A stretch of DNA of 64,000 nucleotides from Candidatus Bathyarchaeota archaeon (lineage in GTDB: Archaea > Thermoproteota > Bathyarchaeia > Bathyarchaeales > Bathycorpusculaceae): the NCBI GenBank assembly GCA_963780185.1, contig CAWABA010000011.1, forward strand, positions 64,001 through 128,000, given 5' to 3'. Within the stretch, counting starts at the first letter, position 1; each line of letters opens with the position of its first letter. The position numbers and the translations under genes were made by a program. The notes beneath the pieces were generated by a model, which ran no database searches, was not told the DNA's origin, and saw only the letters and a list, made by a program, of their open reading frames with translations. Below, piece by piece: positions 38,970-50,072 of the stretch.

Positions 38970-40226
38970 CTATGTTGTTCCCATTTCCCATGTGGACAAA
39001 TATTTTTTCTGTTCATCGGTAAGTTCGTCGATTGCGACCTTCATTGATTTCAGCTTTAAGTCAGCTACTTTTTCGTCGATGTCTTTCGGAACCGTGTACA
39101 CTTTAGGCGTTAAGTTTGATGATTTAGCGATGTATTCCGAGCACAATGCTTGATTGGCAAAGGACATGTCCATGACTTCTGAAGGATGCCCTTCTGCCGC
39201 TGCCAGATTCACCAATCTGCCTTCTGCCAGCAGATAGAGTCTTCTGCCGTCTTTCAATGTGTACTCTTCCATGTTGGGCCTAATAGTCCGTTTGCCCTTC
39301 GACAGCGATTCCAAGTCTGGAATGCTGATTTCCACATTAAAGTGTCCGCTGTTAGCAAGAATGGCACCGTCCTTCATCTTCTCCATATGCTCCTTTCGGA
39401 TCACATGAATATCACCCGTCGCCGTAACAAAAATATCTCCCAACGCCGCCGCTTCAGACATCGGCATAACTCTCAAACCATTCATGGCGGCTTCTAACGC
39501 GCGGGTAGGCTGAACCTCGGTAACTATAACGTTTGCGCCCATACCTTGCGCCCGCATTGCGATGCCTCGACTGCACCAGCCGTAGCCCCCGACAACAAAG
39601 TTCTTTCCTGCAATCAAAACGGAGGTCGCCCGCAGGATGCCATCCATGGTGCTCTGCCCCGTTCCATAGCGGTTATCAAAGAGGTATTTTGTGTAAGCAT
39701 CATTTACAGCTACGATAGGATATTTCAAGCTGCCATCCTTTTCCATCGCTCTTAGGCGGATGACACCAGTCGTGGTTTCTTCAGTTCCACCCTTCACAGT
39801 CTTCAACTGAGCTGGGCGTTTGCTATGCAGCGTTCCGACTAAGTCTGCTCCGTCATCAAGAGTAATCGATGGTTTATAATCCAGCGCGTAATCGATGCAT
39901 TTGTAGTATTCTTCAGTGTTTTGTCCTCTCCAAGCAAAAACATGAACGCCACTATCAGCTAAAGCAGCTGCGACGTCATCTTGAGTTGAAAGAGGGTTCG
40001 AGCCGCACAACGCAACTTTGGCGCCGCCGGCAGTTAACGCCTTCACCAAGACAGCTGTTTCTTTCGTCACGTGAAGGCAAGCGCCTAAAGTTAAGCCTTT
40101 AAACGGTTTTTCTTTTTCTAACCTGTCTTTTATCAGCTTAAGCACGGGCATATGACTCGTTGCCCATTCGATTTGCAAATGACCTTGAGGAGCCAAACTT
40201 TTGTCTTTAACCAGGAATTCTTGCAT
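38970..40226 (-). CDS. ahcY: Adenosylhomocysteinase
   Basis: [36 protein letters not shown]. Confidence 0.97.
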   Translation of the reverse strand: MQEFLVKDKSLAPQGHLQIEWATSHMPVLKLIKDRLEKEKPFKGLTLGACLHVTKETAVLVKALTAGGAKVALCGSNPLSTQDDVAAALADSGVHVFAWRGQNTEEYYKCIDYALDYKPSITLDDGADLVGTLHSKRPAQLKTVKGGTEETTTGVIRLRAMEKDGSLKYPIVAVNDAYTKYLFDNRYGTGQSTMDGILRATSVLIAGKNFVVGGYGWCSRGIAMRAQGMGANVIVTEVQPTRALEAAMNGLRVMPMSEAAALGDIFVTATGDIHVIRKEHMEKMKDGAILANSGHFNVEISIPDLESLSKGKRTIRPNMEEYTLKDGRRLYLLAEGRLVNLAAAEGHPSEVMDMSFANQALCSEYIAKSSNLTPKVYTVPKDIDEKVADLKLKSMKVAIDELTDEQKKYLSTWEMGTT

Positions 40227-40347
40227 GATTGTACCTTCTTTTCAGAACAATGTAATCTTCAACCTATTTAGAATTTTCTTCAACCAGCATTCTGCTTTGG
40301 AAAAAGTTTTAAGTGCAACAAGCGCAAGCCTAGGGTAAGAAGGCAAT

Positions 40348-40956
40348 ATGATGAAGGAACCTTTCTCCAAATTCATCGAAGCCAATTTAGGCGCAAAAAC
40401 CTTACTTATAACAACGGGGTTGCCTGGAACTTGGAAGACAGAAACCTCTGAGGAAACCTCGAAAGTCAAAGGATACCCCATTCTTCGAAGCGACATAATC
40501 CGTTTGGAAGTTCTCAAGAACGAAGATGTTTTCGACGCGAAAGTTGCGGGAAACATGAATAAGCGACTGTCCGTTTACGACGAGGTCTTCCGAAGAGCAG
40601 ACGACATGGCGCAGAAAGGCACCCAAGGAATGATTTTAGACGCCACCTTTGTCACCCAAGATTTGAGACGCCGAGCAGCTGAAATTGCGGCGAAACATGG
40701 AATGACCTTCGTAATTTTGCAGACAAGTTGCCCCGAAGAGGTCTCGGTCGCCAGAATTCAGCGCCGCACCAAAGAAAACTACGAATCAAACGCCCTAACC
40801 GTAGACGCATATCTTGCTAACAAGAAAAAGTTTGAACCCGTAGACATCGGGGACCTAAAGAAAAAGTATCCAGCACTTAAAATACTCCATTTAACGGTTG
40901 ACACGTGCCGCGACAACCCTGAAGGCTGGTACGTTATCGGAATGGAAAAAGCCTAA
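40348..40956 (+). CDS. P-loop kinase (AAA_33-like)
   Basis: TGLPGTWKT, RSDIIR, ILDATF, RIQRR. Confidence 0.82.
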   Translation: MMKEPFSKFIEANLGAKTLLITTGLPGTWKTETSEETSKVKGYPILRSDIIRLEVLKNEDVFDAKVAGNMNKRLSVYDEVFRRADDMAQKGTQGMILDATFVTQDLRRRAAEIAAKHGMTFVILQTSCPEEVSVARIQRRTKENYESNALTVDAYLANKKKFEPVDIGDLKKKYPALKILHLTVDTCRDNPEGWYVIGMEKA

Positions 40957-41839
40957 AGGACACGCTAAAAAATTGATAATCGACCTGCATATCCACTCCA
41001 GTGCTTCAGACGGGAAACTTTCCGTTAAGGAAATATTCAGGGAAGCAAAAAATCGAAACATCAGTTTCTTAGCAATCACCGACCACGATTCAATCGGCTG
41101 TCAAACCCAAGCCATTGCCAGGGCTAAAAAAGAAGCCATCCGCTATGTTACAGGAGTCGAGCTAAACGTGGCTTTTACTCATCCAAAGTATCATGAAGGC
41201 AAATCTGTTTCGCTGGATTTCTTAGGTTACCAGTTCGACGCCTCCAACAATGCGTTAAACAGCAAACTTGAAGCAATGGCAAAATACAGGGAAGAAAGAG
41301 CAGCAAAAATCCTTGACAACCTAAACAGGGAATTCAAAAAAGAAAACATCCAGGAACTGACCAAGGATGATCTTAGGCAGATTGAAGAGTCGGTTGACGG
41401 AGTGCTCGGCAGACCCCACATTGCAGATTACCTGGTTAAGAAAAATATCGTTAAAACGCGGCAGGAAGCATTCGACAAGTACCTTGTCAAGTGCGATGTC
41501 CCAAAGTACCCGCTTAGCATGGAAGAAGCATCAAAGCTCGTTAGGAACGCAGGAGGAAAACTGGTTTTAGCGCACCCCAACGACCCCCACGGAACCTCCC
41601 TGGTAGCATTAACTAAAACGTTAGCCCAGCAAACAGACATAATCCAAGAAAAAATGCTCCCTCAAATAGACGGCGTCGAATGCTGGCATTCAAGAAACAC
41701 ACCGGAGACCACAAGTCATTACGTAGCCTTCGCAAAGCAACATAAGTTAATGATGACTGGCGGAAGCGACTGCCACCAGAAACCAATCGTCATGGGCACG
41801 GTTAAAATTCCCGATTGGGTAGCTGATCAGTTCGCTTAG
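40898..41839 (+). CDS. PHP-domain phosphoesterase (start probably ~40972)
   Basis: DLHIHS, ITDHD, GRPHIA, LAHP, GGSDCH. Confidence 0.92.
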   Translation: MTRAATTLKAGTLSEWKKPKGHAKKLIIDLHIHSSASDGKLSVKEIFREAKNRNISFLAITDHDSIGCQTQAIARAKKEAIRYVTGVELNVAFTHPKYHEGKSVSLDFLGYQFDASNNALNSKLEAMAKYREERAAKILDNLNREFKKENIQELTKDDLRQIEESVDGVLGRPHIADYLVKKNIVKTRQEAFDKYLVKCDVPKYPLSMEEASKLVRNAGGKLVLAHPNDPHGTSLVALTKTLAQQTDIIQEKMLPQIDGVECWHSRNTPETTSHYVAFAKQHKLMMTGGSDCHQKPIVMGTVKIPDWVADQFA

Positions 41840-41843
41840 GTTT

Positions 41844-42851
41844 CTACATTTTTTTGGCGTAGTCGACGGCTAATTTGAAGTAGGCTTTTGCGTCTTTGGT
41901 TGCGTCTGTCTTTTCCTTGTCGCTGACGCTTGGATCGTCAAGTTTGAAGCTGATGACTTTGCCTCGAACGTAAGCTCTGTAGCATTTGTAGAACGAAAGC
42001 ACCTTCGTCAAATCCTGATCTTTCGAGTACGCAATGTATCGCTCTATGAGGAAATCGGCCAAGTCGGGGCTGTGCTGAAAGTCAAGATCCATAGCTAAAA
42101 AGGCGACGTCTGAAGCCACGTCTGAGTACCTGAAGCGGTCGTTGAATTCTATAGCGTCAAAGATGCAGATTTTATCCGTTATGAAGATGTTTCCCGAATG
42201 CAAATCGCCGTGGCAATCCCTAATTTTGCCGCCGCTAACTCTGCATTCGAAGAGTGCATTGTTCGCTAGCATGAAGCTACCTATCTTATTCTCCAAAAAC
42301 TGATAATCAACCTTTGCGATTGTTTGGTCGACGTATTTTTTGGTTTGTGAGAAATTTTCGTCCCAGTTGATTTTGATAAGCTTGAGGGAACCGAACTCGT
42401 TTATTGCACTGCTGCTCTGGGCGGTAGAGTGGAAACGCGCGATTGTTTTTGCTAACTCATCGATCGTTTTGTTGCCCACTTTGTTCTCGCTGAGAAGCCT
42501 CGTCATGATTGCTTCTTGAGGCAGACGCTTCATTTTCAAGGCGTATTCGACCGTTTCTCCGCTGCCGTCTATTCTGATAGTTTTTGACTGGTTAATCGGC
42601 ACGACTTTAATGTAAATTTCTGGGCAAAGCCGTCTGTTTAGCTCCAACTCTTTTTCGCAGAACACGCGGCGTTTTTGCAGCGTCGAAAAATCAAGAAACC
42701 CAAAGTTCACCGCTTTCTTGACCTTGTAAACGAAGTTTTCTGTTAAGAAGACGAAGGAGATGTGGGTTTGGATGAGTTCGATTTTGCCTGTTTTTTCTGG
42801 GTAGGTTTCGGGGGTCAGTAAGGCGTCGACTACTTGTTTCTGGGTTTGCAT
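41844..42851 (-). CDS. Aminoglycoside phosphotransferase-like kinase (Rv2004c N-terminal type)
   Basis: QTHISFVFL, YKVKK, CHGDLHSGNI, FDAIEFNDRFR. Confidence 0.88.
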   Translation of the reverse strand: MQTQKQVVDALLTPETYPEKTGKIELIQTHISFVFLTENFVYKVKKAVNFGFLDFSTLQKRRVFCEKELELNRRLCPEIYIKVVPINQSKTIRIDGSGETVEYALKMKRLPQEAIMTRLLSENKVGNKTIDELAKTIARFHSTAQSSSAINEFGSLKLIKINWDENFSQTKKYVDQTIAKVDYQFLENKIGSFMLANNALFECRVSGGKIRDCHGDLHSGNIFITDKICIFDAIEFNDRFRYSDVASDVAFLAMDLDFQHSPDLADFLIERYIAYSKDQDLTKVLSFYKCYRAYVRGKVISFKLDDPSVSDKEKTDATKDAKAYFKLAVDYAKKM

Positions 42852-43035
42852 GCGAGTTTTCTTCCTTTGAATGTTATATTTTGCGAGCCGTCCAATAAAT
42901 GTAGAGTAGTTTTTTAAGGCTTGCCTGCTTAAGGCAATAGTGGTGGGATGTTATGGAGAAGGAAAGTTTCGTAGAGGACCTAAAGAAAACTCTCTTACGG
43001 TATTGGTTATTCAGCCAAGGTTGTTGAGAGAATAC

Positions 43036-43670
43036 TCAAGTGGTACTCTTAGCCGCTTGAAACCCTTTCACGTAAGCCAAAACCTCATCTGCCTGCTCTT
43101 TCGAAATGTGCTTGCCGCTGAGCGATTTCACTAGGTCAGACACTTTAGCTAAAGCATGCACCTTAAAGCCCATCTTCTCCAGATTCTCCTTGCCGCCCTG
43201 CTCACGATTAACGACAACAAGAAAATCGTTGACGATCGGCGCCGAGTTCTTGGAGAGGCTTGATTCCTTCAATTTTGGATAATCCTTCGCTTATGACGTC
43301 ATCGAAGAAAAGGACTCTGTCGCCTTTTGCAACGTCTGCACCGGCAATTCTTCCCGTTACCCCATAAGCTTTCTCTTCTTTCCTGACTATGATGCAGGGC
43401 AGGTTAAGTTTGCAGGCTATGCTTGGCACGATCAACGCGCCTTTAAGCTCAATAGAAGCCAACTTGTTTATTCCGTCGGCAGCCACTATCTTCGCTGCCT
43501 GCTCAGCAGCCGCATCAACGACAGCGCACATTTGCTTTGGCGCAGCCAGCAGACGGGCAAGATCAATATAGTAGGGGCTGATTGCTCCAGACTTGATTTT
43601 GAAGCTGCCAAATTTTAGGCAGCCCGACACATAGAGAGCGTTAGCCACTTTATCGGTAGTACTTAGACAT
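43036..43670 (-). CDS. pyrE: Orotate phosphoribosyltransferase (frameshift ~43238; start uncertain)
   Basis: FGSFKIKSGAISPYYIDL, RKEEKAYG, FDDVISEG; second frame VVVNREQGG. Confidence 0.88.
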
Positions 43671-43738
43671 ATCCGTTACCTGTGTTGTGAATGTAAAAAT
43701 GGAAATTTAACCCTTTACCAACACAAAAAAGCCAAAAA

Positions 43739-44714
43739 CTAAGCGACCAAGTCTGCGATGTCTACACTATGTTCGTAAATTTGTCTCAAAAAAGATGCTG
43801 CAGCCAAAATTTGAGGCATCAAATCTACTGAAGACCCCTTAGCAACTCTTTCGATGCTTGCAGTGGTCGCGTCAATTTCCACTCGTCGGCTACGCACGCT
43901 CGCTGCTAACGCGATATCCTTAGTTACAAAAGACTTCAAAGCTTGTTCATGAGCATCGTAGCAGATAGTTTGCAATTCAACCAGCAGCTTTTGCAATTCG
44001 CCTGTAAACTTGAATCCGTTTAGAGCGATGGCTTTTGCTGCAACCTGAACACATGCGTCGCCTATGCCCTCAATTAAGCTCGCTGCTAAACGGTAATCTA
44101 TGCATTCAATCGGGGTAATCCCAAGCTTCTCGTTTAACCGTTGATTCTGAATTATCGTACGCAAAATCCTAACTAAGCAGGAAATACAGCCTGTTACTTT
44201 CGTCGTCCCGCGCAATGACGTTCTTAGCCAACTCAACATCCCCGTAAACAAAGGAGCTTGCTGCGTCACGAATCATCCCCGCCACGATGGCGTAGTTGCG
44301 CTGCAGGATTTTTTCCGGCGAAGTGGAAGGCTGCTGCTGCATTAAGCTATGAAGTGAAATTTTTGAGCTGGTTTCCTCAAAAATCTCTAGCCCAGACAGG
44401 GAGCTGGCAGTCGACTTAACTATACTTCTAGCCGCCGAGTCTATGCGGTCTTTTGCTTCAATGTTGATGGTGTCGTAGCCCAGAAGGTAACGACCTACAA
44501 TCTCCCGACTAAGGTAAGGACCGACGGCTAAAGAGGTGGTTCGGGTTGGGGGTTCAGCGTTATATTCGGCGTCAACAACAAGTTTGTCGTCGCTGGTTAC
44601 ATCTAAACAGACCAGCGCGCCTTTTTTCAGCCCTTTCTTTTTAGCCCAATCTCTTGGTAAGCAGACAAAAAAGGTGCCCGTTGGCGTTTGTTGAATCTTA
44701 CGTAGATCAGCCAT
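43739..44714 (-). CDS. AbrB-PhoU phosphate-uptake regulator (frameshift ~44173)
   Basis: RKIQQT..TFFVCLPRDW AbrB N-terminus, YLLGYD, RDDESNRLYFL, EGIGD. Confidence 0.85.
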
Positions 44715-44957
44715 AGTAATGCCTCAAGCAGGATATAACACATCTAATCAACAATCCAATTATATAAACTGAAACGGTTTTGACTAATGAATAATTTGAC
44801 TTTTGAAGCTTCAAAAAGCAGTGGCATAGGTTTTGCGAGATTTTAGAGACCGTTGTGACCCGATCAGCAAAATTGTTTTCAAACGAAAAACGGTAAATAA
44901 GTCATAGACATAAGAGAGTATCATAAAACAGTTCAAGCCGAAGGCAAGCGAAGCGGA

Positions 44958-46541
44958 ATGAGCGGGCAGGAAAAAATTCAAAAAGCAATCCAAGCCATAA
45001 TCGCAGCGGGCTACCAGTTAAACAGCGAAGCTTTCGAGTTTCTAAGCCAAAACGCAGACACAGCCGACCCAGTTGACATAATGGACTTAGCGCTTCAAAG
45101 ACTAGCGGACCTCCAGGAAAAACCATTTTTCATAGACAGAGTCTTTTTGGAAACGCTGGTCCAGCAGATAACAGTTCCAGCTGTTCAAGTCGCGGAACCC
45201 GAGCCAGAGCCAGAATCGCAGCAAAACGCCACGGTGCAGCCAGCGCCGCCCTTAGTGGATCAGAGCGGCTCGGTTGAAGGTTTTTTTTACCCTTACGCCA
45301 AGGACATTAAGGCTGAGATTGCCATTCTGGAAGACGCCACTGGCAAACTTAGCTCCAATGGCACTCTTGAAGAATACCTCCTGTATTTTCAAGATAGGTT
45401 TAGACGGATCGAAAAACTGTTTAGGCAAAGAATCGACGTGAGAGCTGCAACGCCGATACTTGAGGCTCTTAAATCGCCTGCTAAAACAAAGCTCAAAATA
45501 ATCTGTATGGTAAGCGAGAAGAGGGATTCAAAAAACCACATTATTCTCTCAGTTGAAGACCTACAGGGCACTGCGACCGTTTTGGTGCCTCAAAGAGCAC
45601 CTGAAGATGTCCGTAAAAAAGCCCTGATGCTTATGCCCGACCAAGTCGTTTGCTTGGCAGTGATCAAGACACGAAGCAACCTTTTCATGGCGGAAGACAT
45701 CATTTTTCCAGAAATCGGCAAAAAAACCCAGCAAAGAGCACAGGAACCAGTTTACGCCGTACTGACTTCGGATCTTCACATCGGCAGCAACAAATTCGAA
45801 AAGGAAGCCTTCAAACGGTTCATATTGTGGCTTAGAGGGAAATACGGCGACGAGCAGATGAGGGACATAGCGGGGAGGGTAAAGTACCTCTTGATTGCAG
45901 GAGATATAGTTGACGGCGTAGGCGTGTACCCGGGGCAAGCGAAGGAATTGTCGATAAGAGACGTTCATAAACAATACGACTTCGCCTTCAAATACATCGA
46001 AAAAATCCCAAACTACATCGAAGTAATCATTTCCCCAGGCAACCACGACGCCGCCCGCAAAGCCCTACCTCAACCAGCCATACCCGAGGGCTACCTAAAG
46101 GGGATGCAGGGAAAAAGCAACATCCGCTCAGTCGGAAGCCCATGCCTCCTAAGTCTACACGGGGTAGAGGTGCTGATGTACCATGGCCGCAGCTTAGACG
46201 ACATCATCGGCGTAGTGCCCGGGATGGATCATGATCACCCAGAAAAAGCAATGAAGCTACTCATGCAGAGCCGCCATCTGGCGCCTTCCTACGGCGGGAA
46301 AACCATGCTTTCCCCCGAAAACCGCGACTACCTAGTCATTGACAGAGTGCCAGACATCTTTCACGCGGGGCACATTCACGTTTTAGGCTACTGCAACTAC
46401 CGCGGGGTGCTTGTTGTGAACTCAGGCGGCTGGCAAAAGCAAACTGAGTACATGGAAAAACTGGGTTTGGTTCCTACCCCAGGAAAGGTTCCAGTAGTGA
46501 ACCTGCAAACACTCGAAACCACGATACTCTCATTCATTTAA
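44958..46541 (+). CDS. DNA polymerase D small subunit DP1
   Basis: SDLHIGS, AGDIVDG, PGNHD, YHGRS, RHLAP, HAGHIH. Confidence 0.95.
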   Translation: MSGQEKIQKAIQAIIAAGYQLNSEAFEFLSQNADTADPVDIMDLALQRLADLQEKPFFIDRVFLETLVQQITVPAVQVAEPEPEPESQQNATVQPAPPLVDQSGSVEGFFYPYAKDIKAEIAILEDATGKLSSNGTLEEYLLYFQDRFRRIEKLFRQRIDVRAATPILEALKSPAKTKLKIICMVSEKRDSKNHIILSVEDLQGTATVLVPQRAPEDVRKKALMLMPDQVVCLAVIKTRSNLFMAEDIIFPEIGKKTQQRAQEPVYAVLTSDLHIGSNKFEKEAFKRFILWLRGKYGDEQMRDIAGRVKYLLIAGDIVDGVGVYPGQAKELSIRDVHKQYDFAFKYIEKIPNYIEVIISPGNHDAARKALPQPAIPEGYLKGMQGKSNIRSVGSPCLLSLHGVEVLMYHGRSLDDIIGVVPGMDHDHPEKAMKLLMQSRHLAPSYGGKTMLSPENRDYLVIDRVPDIFHAGHIHVLGYCNYRGVLVVNSGGWQKQTEYMEKLGLVPTPGKVPVVNLQTLETTILSFI

Positions 46542-46556
46542 AGCGCGTCTTTTGAG

Positions 46557-47804
46557 CTACGGTTGAGGGGCGTTTTTTCTGGAGCCTTGGGGAGAATAAT
46601 TGATTAGTTGGCTAAAGCGAGCGTCGTCTGTAAACACGTCTCGAATTAGGCCCCTTGCTATTTCAAGCCGGATCTTTTTGGTTCTGCCGTATCTACCCAT
46701 GCTGACAACCTTGGCGTTCACCAGACCCATCGAGTCAAGCTCATTGATCAAAGTGCCTAGCCGACGCTGTGTCAGAAGACCCGCGCCGAATTCGCCGCAC
46801 AACTCGTTGTAAACATCGTATATTTCGCCTGTAGTTGCGCTTGGCTTGTTAAGATGGTAAACGCTTAGAAGCACAAGTTTCGAGTGAAGCGTTAAGTTTT
46901 TGAGGGCTTCAATCACACGGTTATGTTCAATGTGTTTTTCAGCTAAACGCACATGCTCCTCCGTTATGATGCAGACGCCTAAACGTTCAGCAACTTCTCC
47001 TGCCACGCGTAGCAGATCCAGAGCGCGACGTGCATCGCCATGTTCGGCGGCAGCCAAAGCCGCGCAAATGCTCAGTGCCGGCTCAGACAAAACGCCATCT
47101 TGGAAAGACAACTTTGAACGTTCTGAGAGGATGTTTCTGAGTTCCGAAGCGTCGTATGGCCTGAAAACCAGTTCTTCCTCGCTGAGCGAACTGAAAACTC
47201 GGGGGTCCAAGAATTCCTTCAATCGAAGATCATTGGAAATTCCAATTATTGAAACTTTACTCTTAGTCAAGGTTTCATTGATTCGGGTTAACTCGTACAT
47301 GAAGGCGTCTCCCCGATCTTTTATCAGGGCGTCGATCTCGTCAAGCACTATAATGAAGATTATTCGGGAAGAATCTAGGCCAGCTCTGAACCTGTCAAAA
47401 ACTTCACCGACGGACAAGCCAGTGAAAGGGATGGTCATGCCGACGCTTTGGCTTAAAGCCGCGAAAACCCGGTATTCCGAACCCGTCATTCTGCAATTTA
47501 TGTAACAGAATTTTACCTGGGCGCCGTACTCTTTTGCCTTAAATTCAAGATGACTCAGAACATGTTTTGCTACCGCAGTTTTGCCTGTTCCTGTTTTTCC
47601 ATAGATAAAAATGTTGGAGCACCTTGCATCCTTCAGAACTGGAGCAACTGTTTGACCCAGCAGCTTTATCTGTTCTTCTCTGTGGGGCAGCTTCGAAGGA
47701 ACATAATCGGTCCTAAGGACTTCTCTATCCTTGAACAATTTAACCCCATTAACGAAACTTTCGAACACTTCATCTAACACATTTGGATTCGCCATTCTTC
47801 CCAC
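46557..47804 (-). CDS. cdc6: Orc1/Cdc6 replication initiator
   Basis: LPHREEQI, GKTGTGKT, LDEID, HGDARRALDLL, GRYGRT. Confidence 0.97.
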   Translation of the reverse strand: MGRMANPNVLDEVFESFVNGVKLFKDREVLRTDYVPSKLPHREEQIKLLGQTVAPVLKDARCSNIFIYGKTGTGKTAVAKHVLSHLEFKAKEYGAQVKFCYINCRMTGSEYRVFAALSQSVGMTIPFTGLSVGEVFDRFRAGLDSSRIIFIIVLDEIDALIKDRGDAFMYELTRINETLTKSKVSIIGISNDLRLKEFLDPRVFSSLSEEELVFRPYDASELRNILSERSKLSFQDGVLSEPALSICAALAAAEHGDARRALDLLRVAGEVAERLGVCIITEEHVRLAEKHIEHNRVIEALKNLTLHSKLVLLSVYHLNKPSATTGEIYDVYNELCGEFGAGLLTQRRLGTLINELDSMGLVNAKVVSMGRYGRTKKIRLEIARGLIRDVFTDDARFSQLINYSPQGSRKNAPQP

Positions 47805-47941
47805 TCCCCAGATTACAGAGGTACAACCAATATTTCGAGTGGAGCAGATAAAGGATGTAGTACAAAAAACTGGTTGTGAAACACAATAATCCTAAAAATC
47901 AATGGATACCCAGCATAACAAGCAAGTAAATCCACGTGAAC

Positions 47942-48413
47942 ACACACCCCAAAGTTTCTACTGGAAAAAATGAAAGCCGATAAGAAAAAACTACTATTTA
48001 TATTATTTATAATATATACTCTGAGAGGTAAGTGGCAAATAAGTATATTAAGAATGTTGATTCAGGATTTTAGATTAAAGATCTGTAAAATTTTTTTAAA
48101 AAGATTTTGAGCTTCTTTTTTGCCCAAAAGCTTCGAGAGGAAACATAGGGGTGTGTCTTTGTCGAGTTTTCCATGGAAAATCAACCATCAAAGACGAAAA
48201 TTGAGTTTTCTAACAACGTTACATAAAGAAATTTATCCATTGAGTTTTCTTGCCTCGGTGGCTTTCCTTCACAAACCCGTTTTCCGTTCACAAAATTGTG
48301 AATACATGTGAAATAGCACTGTATTTGTCGCTTAATTGTCCTTGTTTCTTCTGAAATTACCTTTTTCCTGTCTTTTTACAGTGAACGAGGCACCCCTACG
48401 CTTCCTCTGGAAA
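47942..48413. promoter_or_regulatory. Replication origin (oriC): three ORB boxes and an AT-rich unwinding element
   Basis: TTCCAGTAGAAACTTTGGGG (-, ~47947-47966) and TTCGAGAGGAAACATAGGGG (+, 48132-48151) are inverted around AT-rich ~47985-48120; third TTCCAGAGGAAGCGTAGGGG (-, ~48393-48412); upstream of cdc6. Confidence 0.88.
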
Positions 48414-48604
48414 AGCATAACTGAGCTATAACTACAATTTTTCAGCCGTTCCAATTTCATGTGAAGCCAGTTATGATGAATCGAATGAAGAATAGGCTTG
48501 TTTCCTGAAAATAAGCTCTGTAGCGAGTTTTTCTTTTAACCGCTTTCACCATAACAGCTATAAGGTGTGAAGTGTAGAGTTGTGAACCCTTAAGGTGCAC
48601 GCTG

Positions 48605-49036
48605 ATGCCAGCTCGAAAAATGCGCGTGGAGCTTTTTGACAACGATGGCAACCGATACACCATCGCTTTTGAGGGCCAAGTGACCCGAGATAAAGCTCTG
48701 CGACTCTTAGACCTCGTGGAACTGCTAGGCGGCGCACCAAGCGAAAACCCCAATGCAAACTCAAATTCTGCACTAACAAATACTCTTCTTTCACGTTTTG
48801 AGAAGGTCCAGGTGGTGATACAGAAGAGTTTTCCACTCATTTGGTTTTCTACAAAGGATATTCAGTCGGTTTACGAGCAGGAGCTCAAAGAGCCGATAGG
48901 CCTGAGCACTGTGTCCACTTATCTTGCGCGAATGACCAGCAAAGGTATGTTGCTGCGAACAGGCGGTTCAAATAACCTCAAGTACAGAAGTGCGCCAAAT
49001 ATTCCGCAAGCGACCCTAAAACAAACAATAAAGTAA
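48605..49036 (+). CDS. Hypothetical protein with C-terminal winged helix
   Basis: FSTKDIQSVYE...LSTVSTYLARMTSKGML. Confidence 0.8.
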   Translation: MPARKMRVELFDNDGNRYTIAFEGQVTRDKALRLLDLVELLGGAPSENPNANSNSALTNTLLSRFEKVQVVIQKSFPLIWFSTKDIQSVYEQELKEPIGLSTVSTYLARMTSKGMLLRTGGSNNLKYRSAPNIPQATLKQTIK

Positions 49037-49053
49037 ATGTAAAAGCCATGCTT

Positions 49054-49767
49054 TTAGGCTGGTGGGTTGTTTTCGGTTTTCTTCAGCAGCTTCTCCATCT
49101 CCGCTTTGATGGTGTACCTGAACGGTATTTTTCCAGCTTCTCTCTCCACGTAGCCGCCTTCGTAGAGTTTCTTCATCAGTCTAGCTGTGTGCTCCCTGCT
49201 TAGGTGTACCTGCTCTTTTATTTCGGGCGCCGTCTTGGGCCCTTCAGAAGCCAACTTTTCCAGCACTTCTATCTCAGTGTCGGTTAGAGCAGCCATTGCT
49301 TTGTCACGTTTGATCGGCATGACCGGCATGAATGGTTCAGCCTGGATTTCTGGGGCTGTGGTCAACTTTTGGATTTGTTCTTCGAACCCCGCGATTCTCA
49401 CTTTCACAGCTTCTTGGGCCACTTCGATATCTTGGATCTTTGTTTCTAATCCCGTCAGACCCGACAGAAGGCTTGTACTGGTTTGCCTAAGGCTCTGCGA
49501 CACAGCGTTGATTTGGCCTTCTATAGGCGCCAGCTTCTTTTCGACTATGTCTGCCTTTTTGACGCCTTCGTCAGCCCTGGCAAAGCTTCCCTCAATCTTG
49601 AACGCCACAAGATCCAGCTTTTCGGCTTCACGTTTAAGTTCTCTATGAAAACTCATAACAATATCTTGAACAGTGTTCTTCGCTTTTTCATATTCCCGTT
49701 GCGCCTTCCGTATCTGCCTATAGTACTCTGCTGAAGTAACTACTGTAACTGCTGCCAAAACCGCCAA
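49054..49767 (-). CDS. Membrane-anchored coiled-coil protein with C-terminal wHTH
   Basis: Hydrophobic N-terminus, long heptad region, LTDTEIEVL...TAPEI...SREHTARLMKKLYEGGYV. Confidence 0.78.
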   Translation of the reverse strand: MAVLAAVTVVTSAEYYRQIRKAQREYEKAKNTVQDIVMSFHRELKREAEKLDLVAFKIEGSFARADEGVKKADIVEKKLAPIEGQINAVSQSLRQTSTSLLSGLTGLETKIQDIEVAQEAVKVRIAGFEEQIQKLTTAPEIQAEPFMPVMPIKRDKAMAALTDTEIEVLEKLASEGPKTAPEIKEQVHLSREHTARLMKKLYEGGYVEREAGKIPFRYTIKAEMEKLLKKTENNPPA

Positions 49768-49788
49768 GATTACTAACGTAAAGTCAAA

Positions 49789-49914
49789 CGTGATATGCCA
49801 ACCCTGTGACGCATACGTGATTTAAGGGATTGCATCACACATCACAGTCCTCCATGGACTTTTTAAGGTTTGCGGTGATATGTGCGCATGATAACTATGA
49901 CATCACATATCACA
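49789..49914. repeat. GTGAY/RTCAC motif cluster 1
   Basis: 8 copies: 49790, 49806, 49817, 49834, 49841, 49875, 49902, 49909. Confidence 0.75.
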
Positions 49915-50072
49915 CTCGCTTTTCCTCAAAACGCCCCTTTCCCAGCCCCCTCAAAAACGACAAAATTTAAGCCTATTTTCCGAGAGAGGGCTTTAATTCG
50001 CCTTATTAATTATGTTCTTTTGTCCTTCCTCTTTTGCTTCGAAAACTTCTTCTCCAGCCGTGATTTGTGACG

